A DNA stretch of 64,000 nt from positions 321,107 to 385,106 of the forward strand of contig VRVR01000017.1 of NCBI GenBank assembly GCA_009859145.1. The letters are read 5' to 3'. Within the stretch, counting starts at the first letter, position 1; the number at the start of each line of letters is the position of its first letter. The notes under the pieces are model-generated. The model saw nothing but the letters and a program-made list of their open reading frames with translations. It was not told where the DNA came from and made no database searches. Position numbers and translations under genes: made by a program. This document shows positions 42,963 to 51,203 of the stretch, piece after piece. The DNA comes from Andalucia godoyi And28. Its lineage: Eukaryota > Protista > Jakobida.

Positions 42963-43384
42963 GGGAAAACGGATTTTTCCGAAAACCCAGCACTCCTGCG
43001 GTGTAGCCTCGTGGGATTTCATCGTGTGAAAAAAAGAAAAAAAAAATGTCATTGTGCTCGAAGTCCATGAAGCATCAATTGATTCCGCCAAAAACGCTCC
43101 TTCCAAAAATAATATCATAATGAAATAAAAGGAAAGGAAAAGAAAAAAAAAAAGAGTCGAAAAATCCGAAAAGAAATGGCTGGTGTTTTGGGCGGGACCG
43201 CTTCTCTCCTTCTCAGCATTCGGATCCTGATACTGGACCTCATTATCGTCTTCTTCATACATATCTGATGGAGAAATGGAAAACACTCGCATAATCGATG
43301 AACTGCGAACAGAAGATTGAATACGATTTGCTATTTGGATCCATTTAAGTGCTTTCAGTTTTTGCCGTTCTTGGAGTTGTTTTC

Positions 43385-44527
43385 ATGAGCGAGTTGGAGG
43401 CTTCCCCGCGGGATGCGTCAGTTGACCTGGTCGAATGTGCGAGGATTCTGGTCATGCTGCATGAGCTGCGTAACGCCTCGGATTTGCTGCAGGTCCTGTC
43501 TAGGCGTGAGAGACTTGTTCATTTGTATGGAAAGCATGTCCAAAAGATTAACGCGATCGTCACAAAGAACACGCTTGTGTTTTTCCAACGGAAAACTGCG
43601 CGCTGCGATGAGTTGGTCGAAAAGATGAGGCAGAATGTCGCTTTATCCGGCAGGTTTTCTGATCCAGATGTTTTGGCAGTGTTTCAGGAGATCGGTCTGA
43701 TCAATGAGCACATGTTGCGATACGCAGACCTTGATACACGTCGCAAGGTGATGAGCGAATTGATTGCGTGGGAGGATGTTCCGCCCGCTGTTCCATTGTT
43801 TTTTCCGGTGATGTCGCTTCGTGAACGTCCATACGGATTCCAGCTGCCTTCGCTGCTTGAGCCGTCATCGTCACTGTCTTCTTCTGGAAAGAGGGAATTG
43901 CAAGATCGCCTGTACCGTTTGTCGCATGATTTGCATGTCAAGCCGTTCTCCATATCGTCTTCCAATTTGGGTGACGTTCTGGATCCACTCTCTCTCACCA
44001 TGCTATCTTCCAAGCTTCATTCCACGCGGCAGTCTCGTCCAACGTCTTTGGAAAAAGAAATACGGTTCCTATCCGCGCTGGAACCCACCTCTTCTTCTGT
44101 GCAGCGCCTGCTGGACAGACGCTGCGGCATGCAGGACTCGAATTCGGAAATCCTTCGAGCCATTGCCCATTCGTTTTCCGTCGAATATGGAGCGTGCGTC
44201 GATCGGTTGATTCAGTTTTTCGATTTTACGTTTTTTGAGTTTTGGAAGAAGAATGAATCTGCTGACCTTGCATCGGCGCTGCAGAGTTATTTGGATCCTG
44301 GTGTTGCAGCGGCCTCTCCCACTCTTTTCCTGTTTCTCTTTCGCACATTCGTTCGACAATATCTTCAAACAGCGCATTCCAGATTCGAACATCGACTTCA
44401 GCATCGACTAGCATCAGATCTACATGTTTTGCACCAGTGGATTCAGAAGAAACTGCCTGCAAGTCTTGCATCCGCAATCCAACGACAGTGCATGCTTGCT
44501 ACCTGGGAATCTATGCTGAAAACTTGA
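43385..44527 (+). CDS. Hypothetical helical protein
   Basis: 380-codon ORF. No family recognised. Confidence 0.7.
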   Translation: MSELEASPRDASVDLVECARILVMLHELRNASDLLQVLSRRERLVHLYGKHVQKINAIVTKNTLVFFQRKTARCDELVEKMRQNVALSGRFSDPDVLAVFQEIGLINEHMLRYADLDTRRKVMSELIAWEDVPPAVPLFFPVMSLRERPYGFQLPSLLEPSSSLSSSGKRELQDRLYRLSHDLHVKPFSISSSNLGDVLDPLSLTMLSSKLHSTRQSRPTSLEKEIRFLSALEPTSSSVQRLLDRRCGMQDSNSEILRAIAHSFSVEYGACVDRLIQFFDFTFFEFWKKNESADLASALQSYLDPGVAAASPTLFLFLFRTFVRQYLQTAHSRFEHRLQHRLASDLHVLHQWIQKKLPASLASAIQRQCMLATWESMLKT

Positions 44528-44542
44528 GTGCATGACGCGGCA

Positions 44543-45097
44543 TCAATTGCCGTTGTCTCCACGAACACGCAGGACTGCGGCGCCGAGTCCCTCGCTCTCC
44601 ACCATTATGACGAGCTCGCTTCGGATATTCAGTAAGCGCTTGACTGCCTGAGACGCCTTCTGGTCGGACGCCGTCAGCTTATCCAGAAACTGCCCACACG
44701 AAGCACGAATTTTGGTTTCAAGTGCCGGTCGTTCATCTGCCAATGGATGTGGTTCCACAAGCTGCGCTCCGATTGCCATCCAATCCGATCCGTTCCAGCC
44801 GTCGGGGTCGATTGCAAGAAGTTCCGTCAGTAAACATTCTGCCCTGTGCGCAGTGTCTTCCTTTGCAGAAAGAGAAAGCGCATAGGCCATGCCTTGCATC
44901 ATCCCAATAGCATACCCCGCAGCAGAACCATACGAGAAGCCTTGGTCAAACCCGTGCTGAACACCAGCATCTTTGCTCGAAACGCTCTCCTCACGAAACG
45001 CCTGCTTGTGCAAGGTCGCAGAGTGGGATTCGAGCTCCCTCTCGTGGCCCATATCACTCTGGTCATTCGTATCTAGCCAATCAGAGTGATCCGCCAT
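44543..45097 (-). CDS. YAE1: YAE1-like protein (Yae1_N, ABCE1 Fe-S maturation)
   Basis: AFREES...VQHGFDQGFSYGSAAGYAIGMMQG deca-GX3-like motif. Confidence 0.6.
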   Translation of the reverse strand: MADHSDWLDTNDQSDMGHERELESHSATLHKQAFREESVSSKDAGVQHGFDQGFSYGSAAGYAIGMMQGMAYALSLSAKEDTAHRAECLLTELLAIDPDGWNGSDWMAIGAQLVEPHPLADERPALETKIRASCGQFLDKLTASDQKASQAVKRLLNIRSELVIMVESEGLGAAVLRVRGDNGN

Positions 45098-45503
45098 GGC
45101 TGCCGTTTCGATCGTCGCCAAGCGCTTTGAACACCCTTTTCGCGGTCACGTTCTGGCTCCGACACGCAGATTTAACACTCCTCTCGATTGATTCACATTG
45201 TTTTTTCTTTTTGCTGGAAAAAAAAAAAAAAAGTCTGTGTCTCAATTGAAGCCAGACAGAAGGAAAGCCCGAGGCAAAACTCCTATTTTTGCCCGAAACT
45301 GGCCTCTCTCCATTTCTGTGTAAATCGTAAACGCACCCCCCCGCAGTTCTTTTACTCCTTTGTTCGGTGCAGTCAGTTTCAATTAATGGTCTAGGTGCAT
45401 GTTAGTGAAGGAAGGAAATCTGCCTTTTTGTACACTTACTGCTATATATCCGTTTGAAATAGTGGGGTGATAAAAAAAGAAGAAGAAGAAACAGTACTGA
45501 TTC

Positions 45504-47726
45504 ATGTCTTCGTATCCTGGAGTCGAGCTGTCTCTGATCCGCGGATCGGGAGCTGCTCTTAATGCCGCAAAGTACCCGGAAGCCGACCGGATTATCACAT
45601 ATCTCTGGCAGTACAGCGAGCAGTCTATGCATGTGATTGCGGCGTTGGAGCGCCAAGTTCAAGACGGGAGAACCAAGCTGTTGGAACTACAGGCAAGCAA
45701 GCGGGTGTCTTCGTTTTCGTCAATTGAAGAGCAACAGGAGTTTGAGTTTCTCAAGTTGCAGATTAACATCGCAGAAAAGAGGATTCTGTTCGAGAGACTG
45801 GTTCGCGAAATATGCGAGGAGACGACGACCGACATTTGCCAGCACCCAGATGACGATTCCTACAAGATCTCTGTTGCCGACTACGTAGGAGTGTTTGAAA
45901 GGGTAGTGAGGACCGATTCGAGATCCGTCCCGATTCTAGCGGTGCTGTTGTCGCTCCAAACATCACTGTATGCCACTATGCGGTACGTGAAACACGTGCA
46001 CGAAACCAAGATGACATCCGGTCGTGGAATCGCGCAAATATCGGCAGAGGTCAGCAAGTTTTTGGAAGCAGACGATCGTCCGTCTGCAGTAAAGCCGACG
46101 CTAACGGAGACGCAGACACAGCACATCGACGCGTTTTTATCCAGGTGCGCTGCGGAGTCGCAGTTCATTATGAACGCCAAGCAGTTTGTGGAAGAGTTGG
46201 TCACTCTGGAGGGTGAGCACTCGAATCCGGATCCAGAGCTGATTGCAGTTGTCGAAGATGCTGTGTTTCCGAAGTACTATACTGAACTAATGCAGCATTG
46301 TGCATTGGAATGCAAGGAAGAAGATGCACAGTTCCAGGAGCGTTGTCAGCAGTTTTCATCGATCTCACAGAAATCCTTGTACATTAATGACGATTTTATC
46401 TCCTTAGAGTCGTTCCCGTATATGCAGGCGGTCGCCTATCTGCGGACCGTGTATTTTGGCGTGTCTCCCACACGGAAGCTGAGGACGTTTTTGCATGCCG
46501 CGCAGGCTGTCTATCGACACATGGAGGAAATGCGGGCACGAACAAGCGGGAAAGTCCAGGAAATTGCTGCAGACGAATTCTTACCTGTTCTCATTTTCAC
46601 CGTCTTGAAAGCGAATGTTCGAGACATTTGCTCGCAGCTCCAGTTTGTCAAGACGTATGCAAGCGACCGATTTATGAACGGTGAAATGGGATACTACTTG
46701 TCATCGGTCGAATTAGCTGTTGAGTACATCAAGAACTTGTCGTCGGAAAAGCTGTGTCCCAGCAAATCGCCGTCTCTCCTCCGGAAGTTTGCCTTTCCCG
46801 AACGGCAGAAGTACTTGAGATGGGCAGCTACGGACAGCCACGTGTCGTTGCTGTCCCCGGACGTTGTGCTCAAAGGATATCAGCTGTTTGCTATCCAGGA
46901 CTGGATTCTTTCGCCTGCTCGCTTAGTGAGCACTGTTCTCAAGCGAACGGGTTGTTCCTCGGACATCGTCCATCTGTGCTCCGTTCGAATCAACGAAAAG
47001 GCTACGGAGATGCAGTTGGACTTTCTAACCAAGACCTTCCTGCAATTTCCTTTGCACTCAGGGTTTACCTCTGAGGACACTGTACACGGAACCGTCGTCA
47101 CGTTTGAATCGGATGAATCGCATCCGGCCCTTGCTGGGCTGCATTTTATTCCGGTGCGATCGGGCGATTATGACTCGGAAGTTGTGTCGATTGTCGATGA
47201 CTTGATGTTGCACCGCGTTACGGATGCGGATCGTTTGATTCAGTTGCTCGGAGTCCAAACTCTTCGTGAAGTTGTGACGTATGTGCAGGAGTGTTTGATC
47301 TACTTTGACTTGATTATGACCGTCCTTCCATCGAGAGAAGGTGTCCTTGACGACGTCGTTGTATTTGGCATCACACAATTTCAAAAATCGAGGGATTTGA
47401 AGGGGTGCGCTCCCGGCCACTTGGATGTCGCAACCTTGGCTGCAATTCGCTCTCGTGCCGAGGAGTGCTCGTGGTCGCTTAAGAGTATCAACTATCTGGA
47501 TTCCACTTTCAATCCGAAAACTCCTGCCGTCTTTGCTGCACTGACTGCTGCAACAAAGCAGTTTCAGAAGCAGTGCGGGCTGTTTCCCGATGGAAGAATG
47601 GGGACCAAAACACTTATGCTTCTCAACAAAATTGTCCAAGGAGACACCAGTGCCGAGGAGGAGCGTCATCACGCTGCCCAGTTTCTGCGGAAGGTTTCCG
47701 GAAATGAAGATTCGACATCTGCATGA
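45504..47726 (+). CDS. VPS9-domain Rab5 GEF fused to an STB6-like domain and a C-terminal peptidoglycan-binding-like helix
   Basis: IAADEFLPVLIFTVL and GEMGYYLSSVELAVEYI (VPS9); FPERQKYL..KGYQLFAIQDW..TG (STB6_N-like); FQKQCGLFPDGRMGTKT. Confidence 0.75.
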   Translation: MSSYPGVELSLIRGSGAALNAAKYPEADRIITYLWQYSEQSMHVIAALERQVQDGRTKLLELQASKRVSSFSSIEEQQEFEFLKLQINIAEKRILFERLVREICEETTTDICQHPDDDSYKISVADYVGVFERVVRTDSRSVPILAVLLSLQTSLYATMRYVKHVHETKMTSGRGIAQISAEVSKFLEADDRPSAVKPTLTETQTQHIDAFLSRCAAESQFIMNAKQFVEELVTLEGEHSNPDPELIAVVEDAVFPKYYTELMQHCALECKEEDAQFQERCQQFSSISQKSLYINDDFISLESFPYMQAVAYLRTVYFGVSPTRKLRTFLHAAQAVYRHMEEMRARTSGKVQEIAADEFLPVLIFTVLKANVRDICSQLQFVKTYASDRFMNGEMGYYLSSVELAVEYIKNLSSEKLCPSKSPSLLRKFAFPERQKYLRWAATDSHVSLLSPDVVLKGYQLFAIQDWILSPARLVSTVLKRTGCSSDIVHLCSVRINEKATEMQLDFLTKTFLQFPLHSGFTSEDTVHGTVVTFESDESHPALAGLHFIPVRSGDYDSEVVSIVDDLMLHRVTDADRLIQLLGVQTLREVVTYVQECLIYFDLIMTVLPSREGVLDDVVVFGITQFQKSRDLKGCAPGHLDVATLAAIRSRAEECSWSLKSINYLDSTFNPKTPAVFAALTAATKQFQKQCGLFPDGRMGTKTLMLLNKIVQGDTSAEEERHHAAQFLRKVSGNEDSTSA

Positions 47727-47800
47727 GCTGGGGCGTCCCGTTTTCTTTTCATCTCTTCCCCATCCAGTTAAAAACTAAATAAAAACGATATCTTCTCCTC

Positions 47801-48075
47801 AGGGTTACTGTCAGTTTCGCCAGCGACCGCTGGACATGGAAAGACAGAATGGAACCGCTGAGGTATTCCGATGTTCAGCGTGTGCAGCGATGATCGATCG
47901 AGACTGGGGAAATGGATCGCGCAACATCAACTTTGAAAGAACACGGCGAGCGCACGCACTTGTGAGCTTGGGACCTTGCCAATCTCTTCACAATTGATTC
48001 ATAGAATTCATTGTGACGCAAAACATTCCAATAGTACCAATTAGACCCGATTAGGTGTTAATGCAGTATATCGCA
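47801..48075 (+). mobile_element. Decayed Fanzor2/TnpB C-terminus (RuvC-II, Zn ribbon, RuvC-III) and downstream candidate omegaRNA
   Basis: 47863-47904 reads VFRCSACAAMIDRD. After a 7-nt G-run frameshift, 47912-47929 reads NGSRNI. Upstream RVTVSFAS-DR(C)G resembles VxExxTSxxCxxCG. A hairpin lies at 47988-48016. Confidence 0.8.
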
Positions 48076-48078
48076 GAT

Positions 48079-48634
48079 GCGCCTACATTGTACACTAACC
48101 ATGGATAATCATCGCTGATCACCCATAATCAATGCTGCAACCCAACAACATGCATATCATGATTGTGAAAGGGGGTAGGCCCCAACACGCCCCTCGGCAT
48201 GCGAGACGTTCTTAAGATAGATGTAGATGTTGCTTTCGGTGCTGCACTGTCCGTTGTGGCGGGCAACGAAGCAGGTGGTGATGGCGCGTTCGACGTCTGC
48301 GAGGCAGTGCACGCGATGGGAGCCGGCGTGGATGTTGCGAATCGTTCCGGCGGCGGTGGAGATGTCACGACTCGTGCGCAGCGTTGCGGGCGTGACGTAC
48401 ATGGTGCGTTGCACGGACAATAAAAATAAAGAAATGAAATGAGCGACGCTGTGCGAGAATGCAACGCGGCGGCGTGTTTATAGGGATTTTATGGTCAAAA
48501 ATGGGGGCGAATCGAATCGGGCATCGTGTGGACGGAGTTGCTTACGATAACAAACGCATGCGCATGGCGCGTGGCAGTGTTCTTGGTTACGTGCGCTTTC
48601 GATTGCTTCATCATACCGCAGTAAGTGGCAGCGG
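48079..48634 (-). mobile_element. Second decayed Fanzor2-like element, convergent with the first
   Basis: Minus frames give MMKQSKAHVTKNTATR; VTPA..TSR..TAAGTIRNIHAGSHRVHC...CFVARHNG..SNI..YLKN; then LGPTP (48185-48171) and a hairpin at 48166-48145. Confidence 0.65.
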
Positions 48635-48784
48635 CCAATAAAAATAAACTGGAGTCAAAAATAAACCATTCCCCTCCTCTCTTTTCATTCTTTGCCTATC
48701 AATTTCTTCAATTGGTTCTTTTGTTTGGTTTCTTTTTTCTCGTTTATCCTTAACTCAAGAGATTAGCACCGCTTTCACCGATCA

Positions 48785-48964
48785 ATGTGTTCTCGTACCA
48801 ACTGCAGTTCTTGTGGCAAGGCCTCCTTTGCTGGATGCGGACGACACCTGAACAGCTTGTTCGCTGCAACGCCGACGGATCAGCTGTGCCACTGCAATTC
48901 CACTATGAAGCAGTACATTAACAATAGAGAAACTGCTGGAATGAAGGACAAGGATACCCGCTGA
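48785..48964 (+). CDS. 59-aa Cys-rich microprotein (CxxxxCxxCGKxxxxGCGxH...CxC family)
   Basis: MCSRTNCSSCGKASFAGCGRHLNSLFAATPTDQLCHCNSTMKQYINNRETAGMKDKDTR*. It falls below the 60-aa ORF cutoff. Confidence 0.8.
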   Translation: MCSRTNCSSCGKASFAGCGRHLNSLFAATPTDQLCHCNSTMKQYINNRETAGMKDKDTR

Positions 48965-49216
48965 CTATCGGAAAGCACTTGCTCTATTCTGTGACGAACG
49001 CTCGTTTTCGTTTACTGTGGCAGAGACAGGTACAGAAAAGAGGGGTGGTCTAAACGCAAGCCAAGGGCCAGCTTCACGAAAGCCCTTCAAGCAAGCCAGA
49101 CAAGAAGAGAGAAGTATCTGTTTTCCATTTCAAAAAATGCTTATAGTACAGTACAAGGAAATAGAAAAACCTATCATGATCATCAACCACAAGGTATATC
49201 AGCAACCACGTGTGGA

Positions 49217-50890
49217 TCAATTATCAGTTCCACACATCTGCTTCCACTTTTCAAACCTTTGAACAGCTGTTTGGGAATCAGTCGGTCTCACAGATTGGAT
49301 CGCGGCAAACACATCGTTCACATGAATCACGGACAACTCCTTTGCTTGAGAGGATGCGAGGAGCAGCTTCAATTCATCGATTGATTTTCCGGACGAGAAG
49401 CGTCGCATGGGCAGCATGGCAGCCTCGCGACACACAATGACGATGTCCGCTGCAGAGTAACCATCTGTCTTTGCGGCAAATGCATCGTATGCGGTTGCAA
49501 ACTCCCCCGCTGGCAAGAATGACGACACATCCAGAGTGATATCATGTGAATCCGCCAAGCACGCCTTGAACAAGTCTTTGCGGCCGTTGGAATCCGGAGG
49601 CGGGACGTAGATTCTCTGTTCCAGCCTTCGCAGCATGGCTGCTCCAATGTCCCATGGTTTGTTGGTTGTCCCAATGACAGCAACTCCCACAGTGTTCTCA
49701 TCTCCGACTGGCTCTGCAGACTGCGAGCAAAGACCATCAATTTCCGCAAGAAAGGCAGTCGACACCCTTCTGTTCGCATCGTGGTTGCTGCTGGCGGACT
49801 CACGATCGTGGAATATGGAGTCCATCTCGTCGACGAAGACAATTGACGGTGCAAGAGCGCGAGCAATGCTAAATAGCACGCGAACGATCTTCTCTGATTC
49901 GCCGTACCACTTCGATGTTACGGTGGCAGCCGAGATGTTGAAGAACGTCGCAGATGTCTCCGACACAACGGCTTTTGCAAGCATTGTCTTTCCTGTTCCA
50001 GGAGGTCCATAGAGCAGTACTCCTCTCCAGGGTCTCCGTATTCCACGAAACAGCTGTGGTGCCAAAAGAGGCATCACGACCGCTTCCTGAAGCGCCTGCT
50101 TTGCACTCCCTTGCCCAACAATGCCGGCCCACTGCACACCAGGGCTAGTCAAGACGATTTCTGACAAGATCACGTCCACGAACTTTTGGTAGTCAGGAGG
50201 CAGATTGTCCAGAGCGCCAGATCGTTGCAGCCGTTCTGTCAACTGCGCGCGCATGGCCGCGGTCGAATTCGACACGTCTAATGCTTTTGCAGAACTTCCT
50301 ACTTTTCCTCCTGTTCCTCTTCCTGGTGCTGTTGCTACTGTTGTCGTTGTCGTTGTCGTTGAAGATGACGATGACGATGACGATGACGGTGCTAGTGCTG
50401 GTGACGGAAGGGCTGGTTCCTGCGCGTCTTGCTTCTGGAGGTGCTGTTGGTGGGCTCTTTGCATCTGCGGCTTGACGGACGATGATGTTCGGAGATCAAC
50501 CACCGAAGCCGAACGCTTTGAAATTCCAGCTGCATGAACGCCCTTTGATCCTTCCGAAAGCTTGCACTTGCTCTTGGAATTCGCATTGGACGCTGTTGCT
50601 GCAGGCGATGTGGAGGAGGAAGAATGGATGGACATACGAGACGAAGGGACTGTGGGCTGAAGCTTCCAGTCCGCATTTCTTCTTGCCAATGGTTGTGAAT
50701 TCCAAGCAGATGCATGTGGCAGAACCGTTCGATGTACAGCGGACGATGAGAAGCGATTTTGTGTCGAACTGCTGCTGCTCGGATACGTCGTCCGAGCACC
50801 AGCAGAACTGGACTTGATAGAGTCGTAGATCGCGCGTTGCAATCCAGCCTCATATGCCATATGAGAATGCAAGTTTTCTCTATCGCTCAT
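49217..50890 (-). CDS. Katanin p60-like (KATNAL2-like) microtubule-severing AAA ATPase
   Basis: RRPWRGVLLYGPPGTGKTMLAKAV, SKWYGESEKIVRVLF, IVFVDEMDS, RRLEQRIYVPPP, C-terminal FEKW. Confidence 0.85.
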   Translation of the reverse strand: MSDRENLHSHMAYEAGLQRAIYDSIKSSSAGARTTYPSSSSSTQNRFSSSAVHRTVLPHASAWNSQPLARRNADWKLQPTVPSSRMSIHSSSSTSPAATASNANSKSKCKLSEGSKGVHAAGISKRSASVVDLRTSSSVKPQMQRAHQQHLQKQDAQEPALPSPALAPSSSSSSSSSTTTTTTTVATAPGRGTGGKVGSSAKALDVSNSTAAMRAQLTERLQRSGALDNLPPDYQKFVDVILSEIVLTSPGVQWAGIVGQGSAKQALQEAVVMPLLAPQLFRGIRRPWRGVLLYGPPGTGKTMLAKAVVSETSATFFNISAATVTSKWYGESEKIVRVLFSIARALAPSIVFVDEMDSIFHDRESASSNHDANRRVSTAFLAEIDGLCSQSAEPVGDENTVGVAVIGTTNKPWDIGAAMLRRLEQRIYVPPPDSNGRKDLFKACLADSHDITLDVSSFLPAGEFATAYDAFAAKTDGYSAADIVIVCREAAMLPMRRFSSGKSIDELKLLLASSQAKELSVIHVNDVFAAIQSVRPTDSQTAVQRFEKWKQMCGTDN

Positions 50891-51203
50891 GATGGATGCC
50901 TGGAGCACAGACGACCAGCATTGCAAACACTGCAGACAAATGTACAGATCGAGGAAAACGAAACTCCATTAATTGGTTTTTAAAAAATAACACCGTGAAG
51001 AAGGTTTGAAAAAGAAAAACACAATTTCGCCGGACCTTTATCGGACAATTTTCTCCAACAGGAATCACCACGAAAAACAAACCCGGTTGGCTGGGTCTAT
51101 TCGGAGGAGGGTTTTCCTTGTTCTGCTTGAATAAGGTGTGTGTACCCATTGCGTGCTTTTGCTGGCGGAAGAGAACAAAATACCAGTGACGAGTGAAAAA
51201 CGT

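Noticed and set aside
42774-43292. 172-aa minus ORF, a possible upstream exon of the DDT gene
   Set aside because: It runs through a (CT)n microsatellite and T-rich tracts, and no in-frame splice to the DDT ORF was found.
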